From positions 26,784,001 through 26,848,000 of the forward strand of contig OX597832.1 in NCBI GenBank assembly GCA_951406725.2: a stretch of 64,000 nt of DNA, written 5' to 3'. Positions 51,303-63,700 of this stretch are shown here, one piece after another. The first letter of the stretch is position 1, and each line of letters starts with the position of its first letter. The notes beneath the pieces are model-generated. The model had not been told where the DNA came from. It saw nothing but the letters and a program-made list of their open reading frames with translations, and ran no database searches. The translations under genes and the position numbers were made by a program. The stretch is from Octopus vulgaris. Lineage: Eukaryota.

Positions 51303-51375
51303 TATTTTTCTCTCAATCTTTTCGTAAAGTTCCTCAGTCAAAACTATATTTCACACGTGCCTTGTTTGTGTATCA

Positions 51376-51390
51376 GTTGCTATTGGCAAC
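51376..51390. promoter_or_regulatory. RFX X-box (GTTGCT-ATT-GGCAAC) with adjacent forkhead-like site (ACAAACA on minus, 51363-51369) in the DNAAF11 promoter
   Basis: Matches GTNRCY-N(0-3)-RGYAAC and lies 74-88 bp upstream of the ATG of a motile-cilia gene. Confidence 0.8.
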
Positions 51391-51664
51391 AGCTTCAGTT
51401 GTAAAGAATTCCACGAACTAAAGGGAGGCTACTCTCACTTTAATTTTTTTCTTTCGTTACAATTTCACTATTTCCAGTTCATCGTTTCATATCACTAACA
51501 TCATTACGAAAGGCATGAACGCCACATTACCGCACTTGCCTTCTTTCCACTGAATATGAGGTCTCATATTTATGTTTAAATATTATCGGAATTCTGTAAA
51601 CTACCAGATTTTTCTATTTAGCATACTGTCTGACTTTGTTTCCTCATAAATCGATCGATCGATC

Positions 51665-51730
<66 letters not shown>

Positions 51731-52356
51731 CCTTTCTACCATAGGCACAAGGCCTGAAATTGGTGAGCAGGCGTTAGGGGCTAGTCGATTACATCGAACC
51801 CAGCACTTAACTACTATCATACATATTTCAGCGATCCATAAAGGATGAAATGCAAAGTCGACCTCGGCAGAATTTGAACTCAGAACGTAACATTTTGTCC
51901 CGTATATTATTTGTATATAGTGTTAAAGTACACTACAACTCGATGGAAAAACTAAATCTTAGTAATGAATATGTAATTTTTAACGAATCGTTTCCAGGTG
52001 TAAATTAGATTTTTTTTTCTAGAATATAGAAAGCAAAGTAATCCATAAGCTTTTACCTTTCACTAAACATTTGTTTGTGATAATCACACATTATTAATTA
52101 AAAAATTATACTCGGCGAGGCGCTCATACAAAGTGTAAATAACTCCGTTGTGCTATCACCAAACCCTAAAATTAAATCCTAACGTAACATAGCAACAATA
52201 CCTGAAGAAGTAACAGCCAAAGCTTTTTTTTTATTATCGAACTTTGGTAAGTAACTGCTGAGTGACAAATGTTTTACCAGTTCATGGCAGGGCATCAGGA
52301 AAAAAAATGTTCTCCCCTTCGATTAAAAAAACCCCTTCTGAGCATAATATTATAAA

Positions 52357-53008
52357 CACTAGTGTAGCTAGAGTGTGTGCTGTCTGGGGCGGCCCTTCCG
52401 TTTGCTGACCCTGGACACGAAATTTTTTTTCCCACGAGAGTTCCGGACCCCAGTAATGAACTCATTTGCATACAGCCAATCATAGTTCACCTTGCCCTTG
52501 CTGTCAAGTTAACAAACACACTCTACCAGGTAAACTGAAGACGAAGAACGGAGTTATGCTTGATTTTAGAAGGAGACAAGTAATTAGATAGATTTGCACC
52601 TGTACCTATTATTGGATTTTGTTAGGGCCCCTTATGGCAAAGATGTGGATGAGAAAATGTGGGTAGAGGGTGATGTGCTAGCAACCCTTATTGTTTTACA
52701 AAGTAAACAACAACACAAATAACTACGCAGGGGCAGCCATGGTTGGAACAAGAACAAGAACAAATATAATTAAAAGAGAAAAGAAACATGGTCGTTCCTT
52801 AACCCAAGCGACCTTATCTTATCACCCATCACTTGTTATGTGCTCATAAATCAGTTTGATAGTTGAGCTGTGATTGTCTATATGCAAATGAGCTCATAAC
52901 TGAGGTCTGGAACTTTCGTGGGAAAAAATTCCCCCCGGACCCCACAAAAACACATATTGCTTACAGCAAACCCCAAAGTGCCACCCCTCTCCCCCAGCTA
53001 CACTAGTG
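52357..53008. mobile_element. Non-autonomous hAT-like element
   Basis: TIR CACTAGTGTAGCT/AGCTACACTAGTG, 8-bp TSD ATTATAAA/ATTGTAAA, subterminal IRs. Confidence 0.8.
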
Positions 53009-53668
53009 ATTGTAAAATACTTTTTGTTCATGCAATAGTTTGGCTTTGTTTTTTACGAATATATTTGGACAGGTCTCCAATGTTGTAAGAAGTTTTTATA
53101 AAAGTTCTGTTGTCAAACTATTAACTTCAGAACAATTGGTTTGAGGAAGACCCTACTCATGCGATTCAGTTCCTTTCATAGAAAAAAAACCCCAAAAAAA
53201 AACGCTTTTGAAGATAATGGTGTATTGTGGATTCCATCATAGTACTTTATATTCCTGCCAGGATGTGGCAACTGAATGTGGTGTTTGCAATCTTTTACCA
53301 AATGATTTCTGTATTTTAGCCATATTAATTAATACTGGAACTCCTAAATCACGGTTTTCTCAATTGGATCATGTCCATTTGTGTAGAATTGCCCTGCAAA
53401 CAGAAGCTCTGCTTGGATTTCATTACATTTAGGATTTGCAAGAGAATGGAAAGAAAAGATCCGGACGTCCATAGTTACAGCCATGAGTCAATGACATCTT
53501 GTGCCTTGTCATGCATACATATATGTATAAATACACATTCACATGTATGCATAAACACAGTTCAAAGATCTGTGCAAAGTCGACTCCAACGTTGGGACCA
53601 ACTTTGTGAAAGCATAAAGGTGTGCTGGCAAAATACTGCTTCTCTAAATGGAAACCTTACCTGTCATT

Positions 53669-53840
53669 CAGTTCTATGTTTAAGAGATGAGGAATTATGT
53701 ACATTATTTACATTATTTACAATTGACAGATAATTGCCCACGGGCATATGGTGTAGTGGTTAAGAGCGCAGGCTACTAACTCCAAGATTCTGAGTTTGAT
53801 TCCAGGCAGTGACATGAATAATAATAAGAAGAAGAAGAAC
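53669..53840. mobile_element. Second, shorter copy of the tRNA-headed inverted element
   Basis: Same CAGTTCTATGTTTAAGAGATGAGG terminus and the same tRNA-like head (53741-53815), but a different inversion junction. Confidence 0.7.
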
Positions 53841-54832
53841 ACCAGTCACAAAAGCCCTGAAAAACAAAATAAAAAAATAAAAGAAATAAAGAGGTCATCG
53901 CTGCTGCCTTTCCTTCTCTGTTTAAGCCTGTAGTCCTGAAATCTCAGGTTCAATCTCACGCAACAGCACCCTAGACAAATATCTTTAATCATATTGTTGT
54001 GAATGAAATTGAGTTGAGTGAAATGTGGCTGTGTTTGGGGAAGTCTAACACTGATAAATACTCTGTGTCATGCTAAGTCTGCCTGGGAGTAAAGGGTTAT
54101 ATTAAGGATGCAGATGTCTATGGTAGATTCAACCACTTATTCTACAATATTTATTGACCCCTGAGAGGATGAAAGGCAAAGTCAACCTCGGTGGAATTTG
54201 AACTCAGAATGTAAAGACAGACGAAATACTGCTAAGGATTTCACCTGGTGTGCTAACGTTTCTACCAGCTCGCCACATTAGGAGCTAAAAATATTAGGTG
54301 ATATAGATATTACATGGAGACACAGAGTGGGGGAGGTGTTTGAGTGTGTGTGAGAAAAAGAGTGGGAAATATAGCTAGCTGGGAGGGAGAGGGAGTGATG
54401 TGGAGAAAGAGAGGCAGTTGAGGTCAGTTGAAAAAGTCGGTGTGAGAGGGAGAGAGAGATGGAGAGAAAGATAGATAGATGGAGGGAGGGAGGCAAGGAA
54501 TAGGGGTTAGGAGAGAGATGGTTTTAAAAGTCACAAACTTGACCCTGTTTAAAATAATTAAATTCATGGAGCAAATATTAAACGGTGTGACACAGAAAAA
54601 CCTCAAAATAAATGCAAAAAAACCCCCCCCAAAAAAACAAAACAAAACAAGATTTATTTTAGTAAAGCAATTGTTATTTTATGAAAGAACTCCTTAAAAA
54701 GAAATAATTCAGACCTGACTTCCCCACTCCACCCCGGCCTCCATTACCATCTTTCACCATTTTCCAAACGAAATCCCACTTTGATATTCCATGGAGGAAC
54801 GTATTGCTTTATTACTTGGAGGTTTTTCTTTT

Positions 54833-55197
54833 TTATGTTGTATGTGCCTCTGGACCTGTCGTCTTCATTTCACCAACCCCATCTAAGACATTAGGGTTTT
54901 CAGCAGTGTTCTGGTCGCATTCCTGTTCCGGTTCCTGACTCACAGATGCCTCTTCTGCTGCTTCTCTGCGTAACTGGTACCATCGCTCTGTCGCTGCCTT
55001 CTGTTTCTTCATTCTCTTGATTTTCCTTAGTTCTTCCTTTACCAGTCTGTTGACCACCTGTTGCATGTTTAAAAGGTTCTTGACCGGACGAATGAATTTC
55101 TCGATGAAGAAAATGTGTATTTGGTGAGTCCAGAAGTTGTACTTTTTTGTAGCTTGGTCAAGTTCTTCAGCCTCTACCTCTCCCTCAGTTTCTTCAA
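54833..55197 (-). CDS. RSPH10B: RSPH10B-like terminal exon ([26 protein letters not shown]...PEAHTT*)
   Basis: taacag| acceptor in phase 1. Open to TAA, with a minus-strand AATAAA at about 54808-54813. Confidence 0.85.
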
Positions 55198-56060
55198 CTG
55201 TTATGTACATGCGTATTATTTTTTTTAAGGGAAAAAAAAATAGAAAGTAAAGTTTGTTAGAATTTAAATTAGAGATTTTACAATAGTAAAGATTTTATAA
55301 TAGCAAAGAGTCAAGACTATTGAAAAGGTTGCAAGACGCAATGAAAATTTTAGGAAAATAAAAATAAGAAATAAGTGGAAATTTTACCGGTGAGTGTGTT
55401 ACACTATAAGGCACAAAAGAAAATGACTCTCCCCAGACACAACAGAATATGCTTCAACACACGAACTCATATAAAGAATCTTGCAAACCAAATCCAAAAC
55501 CGAAAGATTTCACAGTTGCTTCATAATTGCAATCGAAGTTCAACTGCTGTTTCACCAGTTACTATCATTAGCATAGCTAGTGGTGAGCGTTAGGAGCGGT
55601 CTGCCCCTAGGCAGTGCTTTAAAGGAGCATCACTTTTGGGTCTGCTGTACCCATATATGCATATATATATTATTTATTATTTATTATTTAATTGAACAAG
55701 ACACATCCAATTCGAAGTATATATATATATAAATACAAAATGGGACAAGAATGCAGAACATCCAGATAGACGATACAAAGAAAACAAGGACGGGTCATTT
55801 GAAGTTTTCTTTCCTCGGTCGAGTTCCAGATTATCTTTGCAATTTCGGTTGGTTATACTCGAGATTGCTTCAATCTACAGCCCCAAGGAAAAACTAAGCT
55901 AAGAGCATTAGATTCCTTGGAAGAAAGCAGCGAATGTATCCGAAAACAAGGACAGAAAAAAAAAAAAACGGAGAATGTTACACAAATACAAATAACAGGA
56001 TATAACAACAGGTGTCTTTCGACTAAGGACGAATTAAATTAAGCTGGCATGTGTGATGTG

Positions 56061-56107
<47 letters not shown>

Positions 56108-59100
56108 GGGTGCTATTAAGTTAAGGTGGTGCTATTAAGTTAGACATGGCCTGGGCCAATAATGGCCGAAACCTATCAAAGTATCAAAGTATATATATAT
56201 ATATATATATGAATGTGTGTGAGTGTATGTGTGAGTAATTTTAATTTTTGACTCTGAATTTTAATCAATGTTTCCATTCTTTACCCCACCCCCTCCCATC
56301 ATTTTTCCATTCATAAAATTTGTAATTGTAATAACAACACCAACAATAATAACAACAGCAACAACAACAACAACAGCAGCAGCAATGATAACAAAGGCTA
56401 CAACAACAACAACAGCAACAGCAACAGCAACAAAAACAACAACCATAGCAACAATCACAACAACAACAACAACAGTAACAACAACAACAACAACAATAAC
56501 AAAAGCAACAACAATCACAACAACTACCACAACAACAACAACAACAGCAACAACAACAATCACAACAACAACAACAACAACAATCACAACAACAACAACA
56601 ATCACAACAACAACAACAACAACAACAACATCAACAATCACAACAACAAAAACAAAAACAACTACAACAACAACAACAGCAACAACAACAAAAACAACAA
56701 CAGCAACAACAACCACAACCACAGTCTCTTAACTCACCAATTGTTGTCTTTCTGCTGTCGGTCGTTTCCATCAAACTCTCCAATGGACTGAACAACACAG
56801 ACAAAGAAGTTCTTTGTTCCTCTTGCTACAAAAAAATTAATATTTTACCATTTAATTGGTTAAAGAATAAGTTCTGATTTGCCATTTCCATTTTTTTTAA
56901 TTAAGAAAGTAGGCTGTGATTTTTAAAGAGATTTAGCTGCTATTTCTAGCATACTGAACGACTACATAGAGGCTTCCTCATTGGCTTATGTGATTTCATC
57001 ATCTGACACAAGATCCCCTCCTCCAACACCCCATCCCCTCTCAATATGCTATTCCTTGTCTTGCAAGTTACATGGTGACCCTGCTGGTGCTGGTGCCACA
57101 TAAGAAGCATCCAATCCACACTGTAAAGGGGTTGGCATTTGGAAGGGCATCCGGCTGTAAAAACCATCCCTAAACTGACCTCGTCTGTGCTGGTGCCATG
57201 TAAAAAGCACTGAGTCCACTTTGTTGAGTGGTTGGCATTTGGAAGGGCATCCAGCAGTAAAAACCATGCCAAAACTGATCTCACCTGTGCTGGTGCCACA
57301 TAAAAAGCCTTCAGATTTAATCCAGCTTCGACTTTCTTATCAACCATGTTTCTACCATTTTTTCCATGTACACATGTACTCTCTCTCTCTCTCTCTTTCT
57401 CTTTCTCTCTCTCCCTCTTGCACATACCCTCTCTCTTTCTTTCTCTCACTTTTCTAATTTTCTCTTTCTTTTTCTCCCCTCTCTCTGTCTCAATGTCAAT
57501 ACATAACTAGCTATCCATCCATCCGTCTGTCTGTCCGTCCACCTGTTTAACCTGATGCACGCAAACACACACGTGTACGTGTACGTGTGTGTGTGTGTGA
57601 AAGTGAAAATGTGTAAAGACCATCCACCCATCAGCCTCCCCCATTTGTATATTTCCACCAACAAGACTTAAAAGAACCCCCAAAAAACCACCACTTACCA
57701 CTGCCTCCGGCGTCCTAGTCCCTGTGGTGTCTCTCGTCCTTGACTGTTGTTGGAAGGAAATGGTGGATACGTTGGTGCTGAGAACAGGTGACATGACGGG
57801 TTGACTGCTTGTCTTTGGAGACCGACTTGACGTGACTGTGTCGAGAGGTATCGTCAATGACTCTACCACAGTTTCTGTGATGTAAATCTCAGCAAAACCA
57901 ACAAGTGCTTCCAGAAATTCAAGGTAGGTCATCTACGAACAGAAAAACACGGAAACAGCATCTCACAACCATAAGTGGTGCATCACCCTAACCCCTAGGC
58001 CATGTGCTTTCACATGTATGTATACACAGATATGACAGAAATAAATAGACACCGCTTTGTGGTTAGCCATATCGAGATGGCTATTATACTTTACATTGTC
58101 GAGCGATTACTGTTTCCATTTAATAATGCTTGGAGACAGTTTTTCGAAATCAGTGACGGAAGTCACTAGAAAAACTCTTATATATTTGCATACAGACTTT
58201 CCCTTTCATCGTGATCCGGTGATTACCGCCCGTTGACAAGAGGCAACAACCTCGAAACTGTCAGTCTGGTGCGTATCACTTAGGCTTACAAGAAAGGGAT
58301 GGCCTCCCTTTGCAAATACCATAAGGGCACAGATAGTGTGCCTAAAGCCAGCTGGAGACGATGATCTCCTGGGGCTAAAAAGCTACAGTAACACCCCCTC
58401 CCCTTTGTGGTTAGCCATATCGAGATGGCTATTATCTGTAGCAATATTGTTTTCTTCATTGCTATCTTCACTGTTTGAGAAAAATATTAAGAATGATCTC
58501 GTTTGAGATTACAAACATCTTTGGCTAGTTTAACGTTGTTGTGTCCACTATTTTGATTGGTTAGCATCTAAGTGCGGTCTGTCTACCTACTTACTTCGCG
58601 CCACATGTCAACCAATCAGGTCAGTGGTTACAACAGGAATAAACTCGGCCAAAGATGGCTGTTATCTCAAACGAGATCATTCCTGCCGTGTCTCTCAAAC
58701 AGTGAGGATATCAGAGACCGCTACAATACTTTACATTCCATAAAACATTGTTTTACGTTTATTCTAACTTGTAAAGGTTTATATTTTTTGCTAATTGACA
58801 TTTTTATGTTTCAGGTTCTATACGTGACTGTTTAATCATGCCATGTACAAAAGAAGCCTTGGAACTGTATGGATTTCAAAGAGGCCGTATTGTGGGTCCT
58901 TCTGAAGGTGGACATAGTCAGTGTAAAATCACAGCAAACTTAATACCTTCAATTCTTATTAATTTTGATAATTTTAATATTTAGTCCTACATGTACCTAT
59001 CGTGGATAATGTCGTTCAATGATGATTGAGTTGCTTGAGGGTGATTCTGTTTCTTAAACCTATCTATCTATATATATATCATCATCCTCATTTAACGTCC

Positions 59101-59324
59101 GCTTTCCATGCTAGCATGGGTTGGACGGTTCAACTGGAGTCTGGGGAGCCCGAAGGCTGCACCAGGCCAGTCAGATCTGGCAGTGTTTCTACAGCTGGAT
59201 GCCCTTCCTAATGCCAACCACTCCGAGAGTGTAGTGGGTGATTTTATGTGCCACCGACACAGGTGCCAGACGAGGCTGGCAGATGGCCACGCTCGGATGG
59301 TGTTTTTATGTGCCACCGACACAA

Positions 59325-59374
<50 letters not shown>

Positions 59375-60409
59375 CGGGAAGGTTTACGAAAATAAACAAA
59401 AGACGAAGGCAGGTGGAGTACAAACAAACAAATGTATTAGTATGGCGCTCAGGAATAGAAATAGAACAAGTCTTTTACGTTTCGAGCCTACGCTCTTCGA
59501 CAGAAAGATACACAGAAAAAAACAAGGAGAGGTATGTATATATAAGAAGTCAACTTGTGACCAAGTAAGACCACCTCTTCTTGAACTCAATATGCCCATA
59601 CAAATATTCTGACAGGAGGGTCCAATGCATGAATTTGGTTTGAGTGTAAGAAAAAGTATCTTGTATAATGTTGATAATAATGATGATGCTATATATAATA
59701 ATGAAGATGAATACCAACACTTCCATGTGGCACACTTGAACAATTGTGAAAATCTCTTCACGTGAAACAATTGGTTGCCTTGTTAATTCACAAATAAACT
59801 ATATATATGTATGTGTATGTGTGTAGTATATGTATGCATGTATATACATATACCATATATGTATGTATGTATATATATGGTATATGCATTTGTTAAGCTT
59901 GTGTATGGTGATGAATTAAATAAAACTGGAGGTCGAATGTTCTTACCTCCATCTCCAAGTTGTAGTCACCATCAACGATAACATTGGGATCATCTACAGC
60001 CAAAACATCGATGGCAGCTTTGGCAGTGAGGTTCTCATTGATCAGGTTTAAGTCCTTTTCGTAGAGAAAGACACATTGGTTAACATATAAAACAAAATTC
60101 GGATGAAGACGATGAGAGGAGAAGGAGGAGGCACAAGAGGGAGAGGAAGAGAAGAAAAAAACAAACCATTGTCTGCTTTTAATGTCTGTCTTCTTTGCTA
60201 GCATGAGTTTGATGGTTTGGCAGCATCCAGTGGATTGGAGGAGTGCACCACACACCAATGTTTGCTTTGATATGATTTCTACAGCTGGATGGCCTTCTTA
60301 ACATCTACCACTTTACGGAATACGGTGTATTGAGTCCTTTTATTATCATGGCACCAGCACAAGTAAAATCATCATGTAGCTTGCAATACATGCACAGTTA
60401 TATGCAACT

Positions 60410-60452
<43 letters not shown>

Positions 60453-61086
60453 GAGTGAGCGAGCAGAGCATGCCATCAAAGTGACACTTGGGTAAAATAT
60501 ACGAAGCCCCGTATACCCATCATGACTACCCGTCTGATAAGGGTACACCAGGCACATGCATCACAACCATATGTGTGCGACATGGTGATCTCATATCAAG
60601 ATAAACAGCACATGACCTTGCAGGTGGGGGCCCAGTTAGAATTTTCTTCTGGTCGAGTAACCCGACCCGCTCAAAAGGTCCCTGAATAAGGGTTGTTTAA
60701 GGATGTTGAACGAACCACCCATGTTTCCAGAGGTGAATTATTCAAACCCCAAGGAATTCCTTTCAACACATGGCTATGATGCTCCCCCACTACTTCTGCT
60801 CGTGATCAGAGATGCACACGTCATCAGCCACTAAGGGACATGCTTAACTGGTTAAGGTCAAACAACTGACAAGCAAATCTGTGGTATTGAGCAGAATATT
60901 TACTGTAGCCCATCTTTTATACCAAGACAAAACAATGTACATGATAACACTTCCAATCAGTTAAGATCAGGAGCCATGAGAGCCACTGCCTGGTACTGCA
61001 TCAGGGCATTTATTATTATAATTATTATTATTATTATGATGATTATAATTATGATTATTATTATTATTATTATTATGATGATGATG

Positions 61087-61124
<38 letters not shown>

Positions 61125-63700
61125 GATGATGATTATTATTATTATTATTATTATTATTGTTATTATTATTATTATTATTACTTTTATTTTCTTCTTTCAA
61201 ATTTGCTTCCATTTCTTGCCGAGTGTCTTCCCGACTCATAGTATACATTGGTAGGCCATTAAACCAAACTTAATAGTTCGTTAATTTTTTTTTTTTTTTT
61301 TTTAAGTTAAATTAAAATACATGAGCAATCATTATTATTATCATTATTATTATTATTATTATTATTATTGTTATTGTTGTTATTATTATTATTATTGTTA
61401 TTATTATTATTATTGTTATTATTATTATCTATAGATATGCATATGTGCCTCTGCATGCAGAACCAGAAATATGCAAGCATACACACACACACACACGCGC
61501 TTTTAAAAATACAAAAGATGTTTTAGTTTACCTTGAGTATGACTAAACAATCTCTCATCTTCATGGAGGCATCATGGGGAGGTAACTGTGAAAGACAGAA
61601 GGAATGAAGGAGAACAGTCAGTACATATTCTCACCTGACAATTTGTTGTCGTCATCATCATCATCGTTTAACGTCCGTTTTCCATGCTGGCACGGGTTGG
61701 ACGGTTCGACCGGGGTCTGGGAAGCCAGGAGGCTGCACCAGGCTCCAGTCTGATCTGGCAGTGTTTCTACAGCTGGATGCCCTTCCTAACGCCAACCACT
61801 CCGCGAGTGTAGTGGGTGCTTTTTTTACATGCCACCTGCACAGGTGCCAGGGGAGGCTGGCATCGGCCACGATCGGTTGGTGATTTTAATGTGCCACCGG
61901 CACGGAAGCCAGCCAAGGTGGCGCTGGCATCGGCCACGTTCGGATGGTGCTTTTATCATCATTTTTAAGGTGGTGAGGTGGCAGAGCCATCAACACATTT
62001 GACGAAATGGTGCTGAGTTCAAATTTCTTCAAGGCTGACTTTGCCTTTCATCCTTTTGGGGTTGATGAAATAAGGACCAGGTCAGCCCAGGAGTCAATGT
62101 AATTGACTAGCCCCAACCACTCAAATTTCAGGCCTTGTTTCTATACAGTTCTATGTTTAAGAGATGAGGAATCATGTGCATTATTTACATTATTTACATT
62201 TGACGGATGTTTGTCCTCATCATGATTGTTGTTAACACAATGTTTCGGGCATATGGCATAGTGGTTAAGAGTGCAGGCTGCTAATCCAAAGATTCTGAGT
62301 TTGATTACAGGCAGTGACCTGAATAACAACAACAACACACAACAATAATAATATCGAAGAATACCTTAGGAATGAGAACCCAGGTTCGAAATTTCCCCAA
62401 GATACCTGATGAAGGCTGGAGGGTAAATCAGCCGAAATGTTGTGTTAACAGCAAACAAGATGAGGACAAATATCCATCAAATGTAAATAATGTACTTGTT
62501 TCTATATATAAAGATATGCTAAGGCAGAATGTGTTATGCTGTTACATGGTAATCTGAAGGGAGAGGTGAAGAGCGAGAGAAAAAGAGTGAGACAGAAGTG
62601 TTAATGACATGAGGTAGGAGGAAAATAATAGTTATTACAGGCTTAAAAAGTTAATGGAAGGGAGAGATATAGAGAAAAAGAGTGAGAAATACAATGTCTA
62701 GAAGATGTTCTGGTGGTGAGGTTAAAGAAATGCAGAGAGAAAGAGAGTGAGAGAAGGAATGGTAGTTTTATTAAGAATGAGAGTTGAGGGTGGTGATGCT
62801 GTGCCAGCTGATGTATTACACTGTCATGTGGTTAATGGAAGTGAAAGGAGAAAGAGAAAGAGAGAAATAAGAACATGAAGAGGGGAATGACTTACTGTTT
62901 TACTTGTTTCAGTCATTTGACTGTGGCCATGCTGGAGCACCGCCTTTAGTTGAGCAAATCGACCCCAGGACTTATTCTTTGTAAGCCCAGTACTTATTCT
63001 ATTGGTCTCTTTTGCCAAACCACTAAGTGACGGGGACATAAACACACCAGCATCGGTTGTCAAGCAACGAAATCCACTCACAAGGCTTTGGTCGGCCCGA
63101 GGCTATAGTGGAAGACAGTTGCCCATGATGCCACGCAGTGAGACTGAACCCGGAACCATGTGGTTGGTTAGCAAGCTACTTACCAAACAGCCACTCCTGT
63201 GCCTATATATATATACATATATACGACAGGCTTCTTTCAGTTTCCGTCTACCAAATCCACTCACAAGGCTTTGGTCGGCCCGAGGCTATAGTGGAAGACA
63301 GTTGCCCAAGGTGCCACGCAGTGAGACTGAACCCGGAACCATGTGGTTGGTAAACAAGCTACTTACCACACAGCCACTCCTATCTTGTTGAAGTAAGAGA
63401 TAGAGAGAAAAAGAGAGAGAGATAAAGTATTTAGCAGTTAGAAATTTTAAACCTCAAATATTATTGTGACCGACAAGAAAATAACATTTTGAGATTCAAT
63501 ATTTTATATCTTCTACGTGTCAAACATTGACAAATACATTGATGGGTGGACTGTAGGTACTCTTGGTGCTGGAAATTTTTTATTAAAAAAAAACTGTCTG
63601 GTCACCTTTCGTGGTTTGCAAATGGCAGTGTAGATTTTGTAGACCTCTTGGATGTGCTCCATTATGTTCATGGCTCTGCGGACTTCTGTGAAGATATGGC
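54833..63700 (-). CDS. RSPH10B: Radial spoke head 10 homolog B-like, 3' six coding exons (5' part lies beyond the window)
   Basis: Spliced peptide [32 protein letters not shown]|[18 protein letters not shown]|[28 protein letters not shown]|[15 protein letters not shown]..|..|..[13 protein letters not shown]. It follows the RSPH10B C-terminal motifs as I recall them (PPHEPTMKMR, LVFLEFFEAL). Phases are consistent. Confidence 0.85.
56738..56825 (-). CDS. RSPH10B: RSPH10B-like exon ([29 protein letters not shown])
   Basis: ttgtag|...|gtgagt, 88 nt, phase 0 to 1 bridging its neighbours. Confidence 0.8.
57699..57932 (-). CDS. RSPH10B: RSPH10B-like exon ([20 protein letters not shown]...TPEAV)
   Basis: tcgtag|...|gtaagt, 234 nt. 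Confidence 0.88.
59471..59508 (-). ncRNA. Minimal hammerhead-like motif (core CUGUCGA)
   Basis: Minus strand: TCTTT-CTGTCGA-A-GAGC(gtag)GCTC-GAAA-CG-TA-AAAGA, 5-bp stem I. Confidence 0.62.
59947..60054 (-). CDS. RSPH10B: RSPH10B-like exon ([36 protein letters not shown])
   Basis: gaaaag|...|gtaaga, 108 nt. Confidence 0.88.
60452..61008 (-). mobile_element. Family E full-length copy in (AAT)n
   Basis: Same termini as 10114-10671. Confidence 0.8.
61532..61585 (-). CDS. RSPH10B: RSPH10B-like exon ([18 protein letters not shown])
   Basis: tcacag|...|gtaaac, 54 nt. Confidence 0.88.
62146..62494. mobile_element. tRNA-headed, hammerhead-containing non-autonomous retroelement with inverted 3' segment
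   Basis: Exact 12-bp TSD CTTGTTTCTATA (62134-62145 / 62495-62506). A/B-box tRNA-like head at about 62246-62320, HHR at 62401, inverted segment at 62146-62248. Confidence 0.75.
62401..62446 (+). ncRNA. Minimal type-I hammerhead ribozyme motif (canonical CUGAUGA core)
   Basis: GATAC-CTGATGA-A-GGCTG..CAGCC-GAAA-TG-TT-GTGTT. The inverted partial copy has GAAACATTG, so the ancestral sequence is likely GAAACGTTG. Confidence 0.75.
62894..63380 (-). mobile_element. SINE family A with tandemly duplicated head
   Basis: Head segment present twice (about 63071-63197 and 63222-63380). Confidence 0.8.
63606..63700 (-). CDS. RSPH10B: RSPH10B-like exon ([31 protein letters not shown])
   Basis: ctgcag|...|gtgacc, 95 nt. 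Confidence 0.87.

Noticed and set aside
53330-53640. Plus-strand exon-like segments and ORF 53371-53733
   Set aside because: Contains KRSGRP plus frameshifts and stops, best explained as a decayed Tc1 HTH region
56145-56180. GGCC..GGCC-GAAA partial hammerhead-like motif
   Set aside because: No recognisable CUGAnGA core or stem I
58815-58908. Apparent plus-strand exon (cag|[31 protein letters not shown]|gt) suggesting a nested gene
   Set aside because: [12 protein letters not shown] resembles a Tc1 transposase N-terminus, and no partner exons were found
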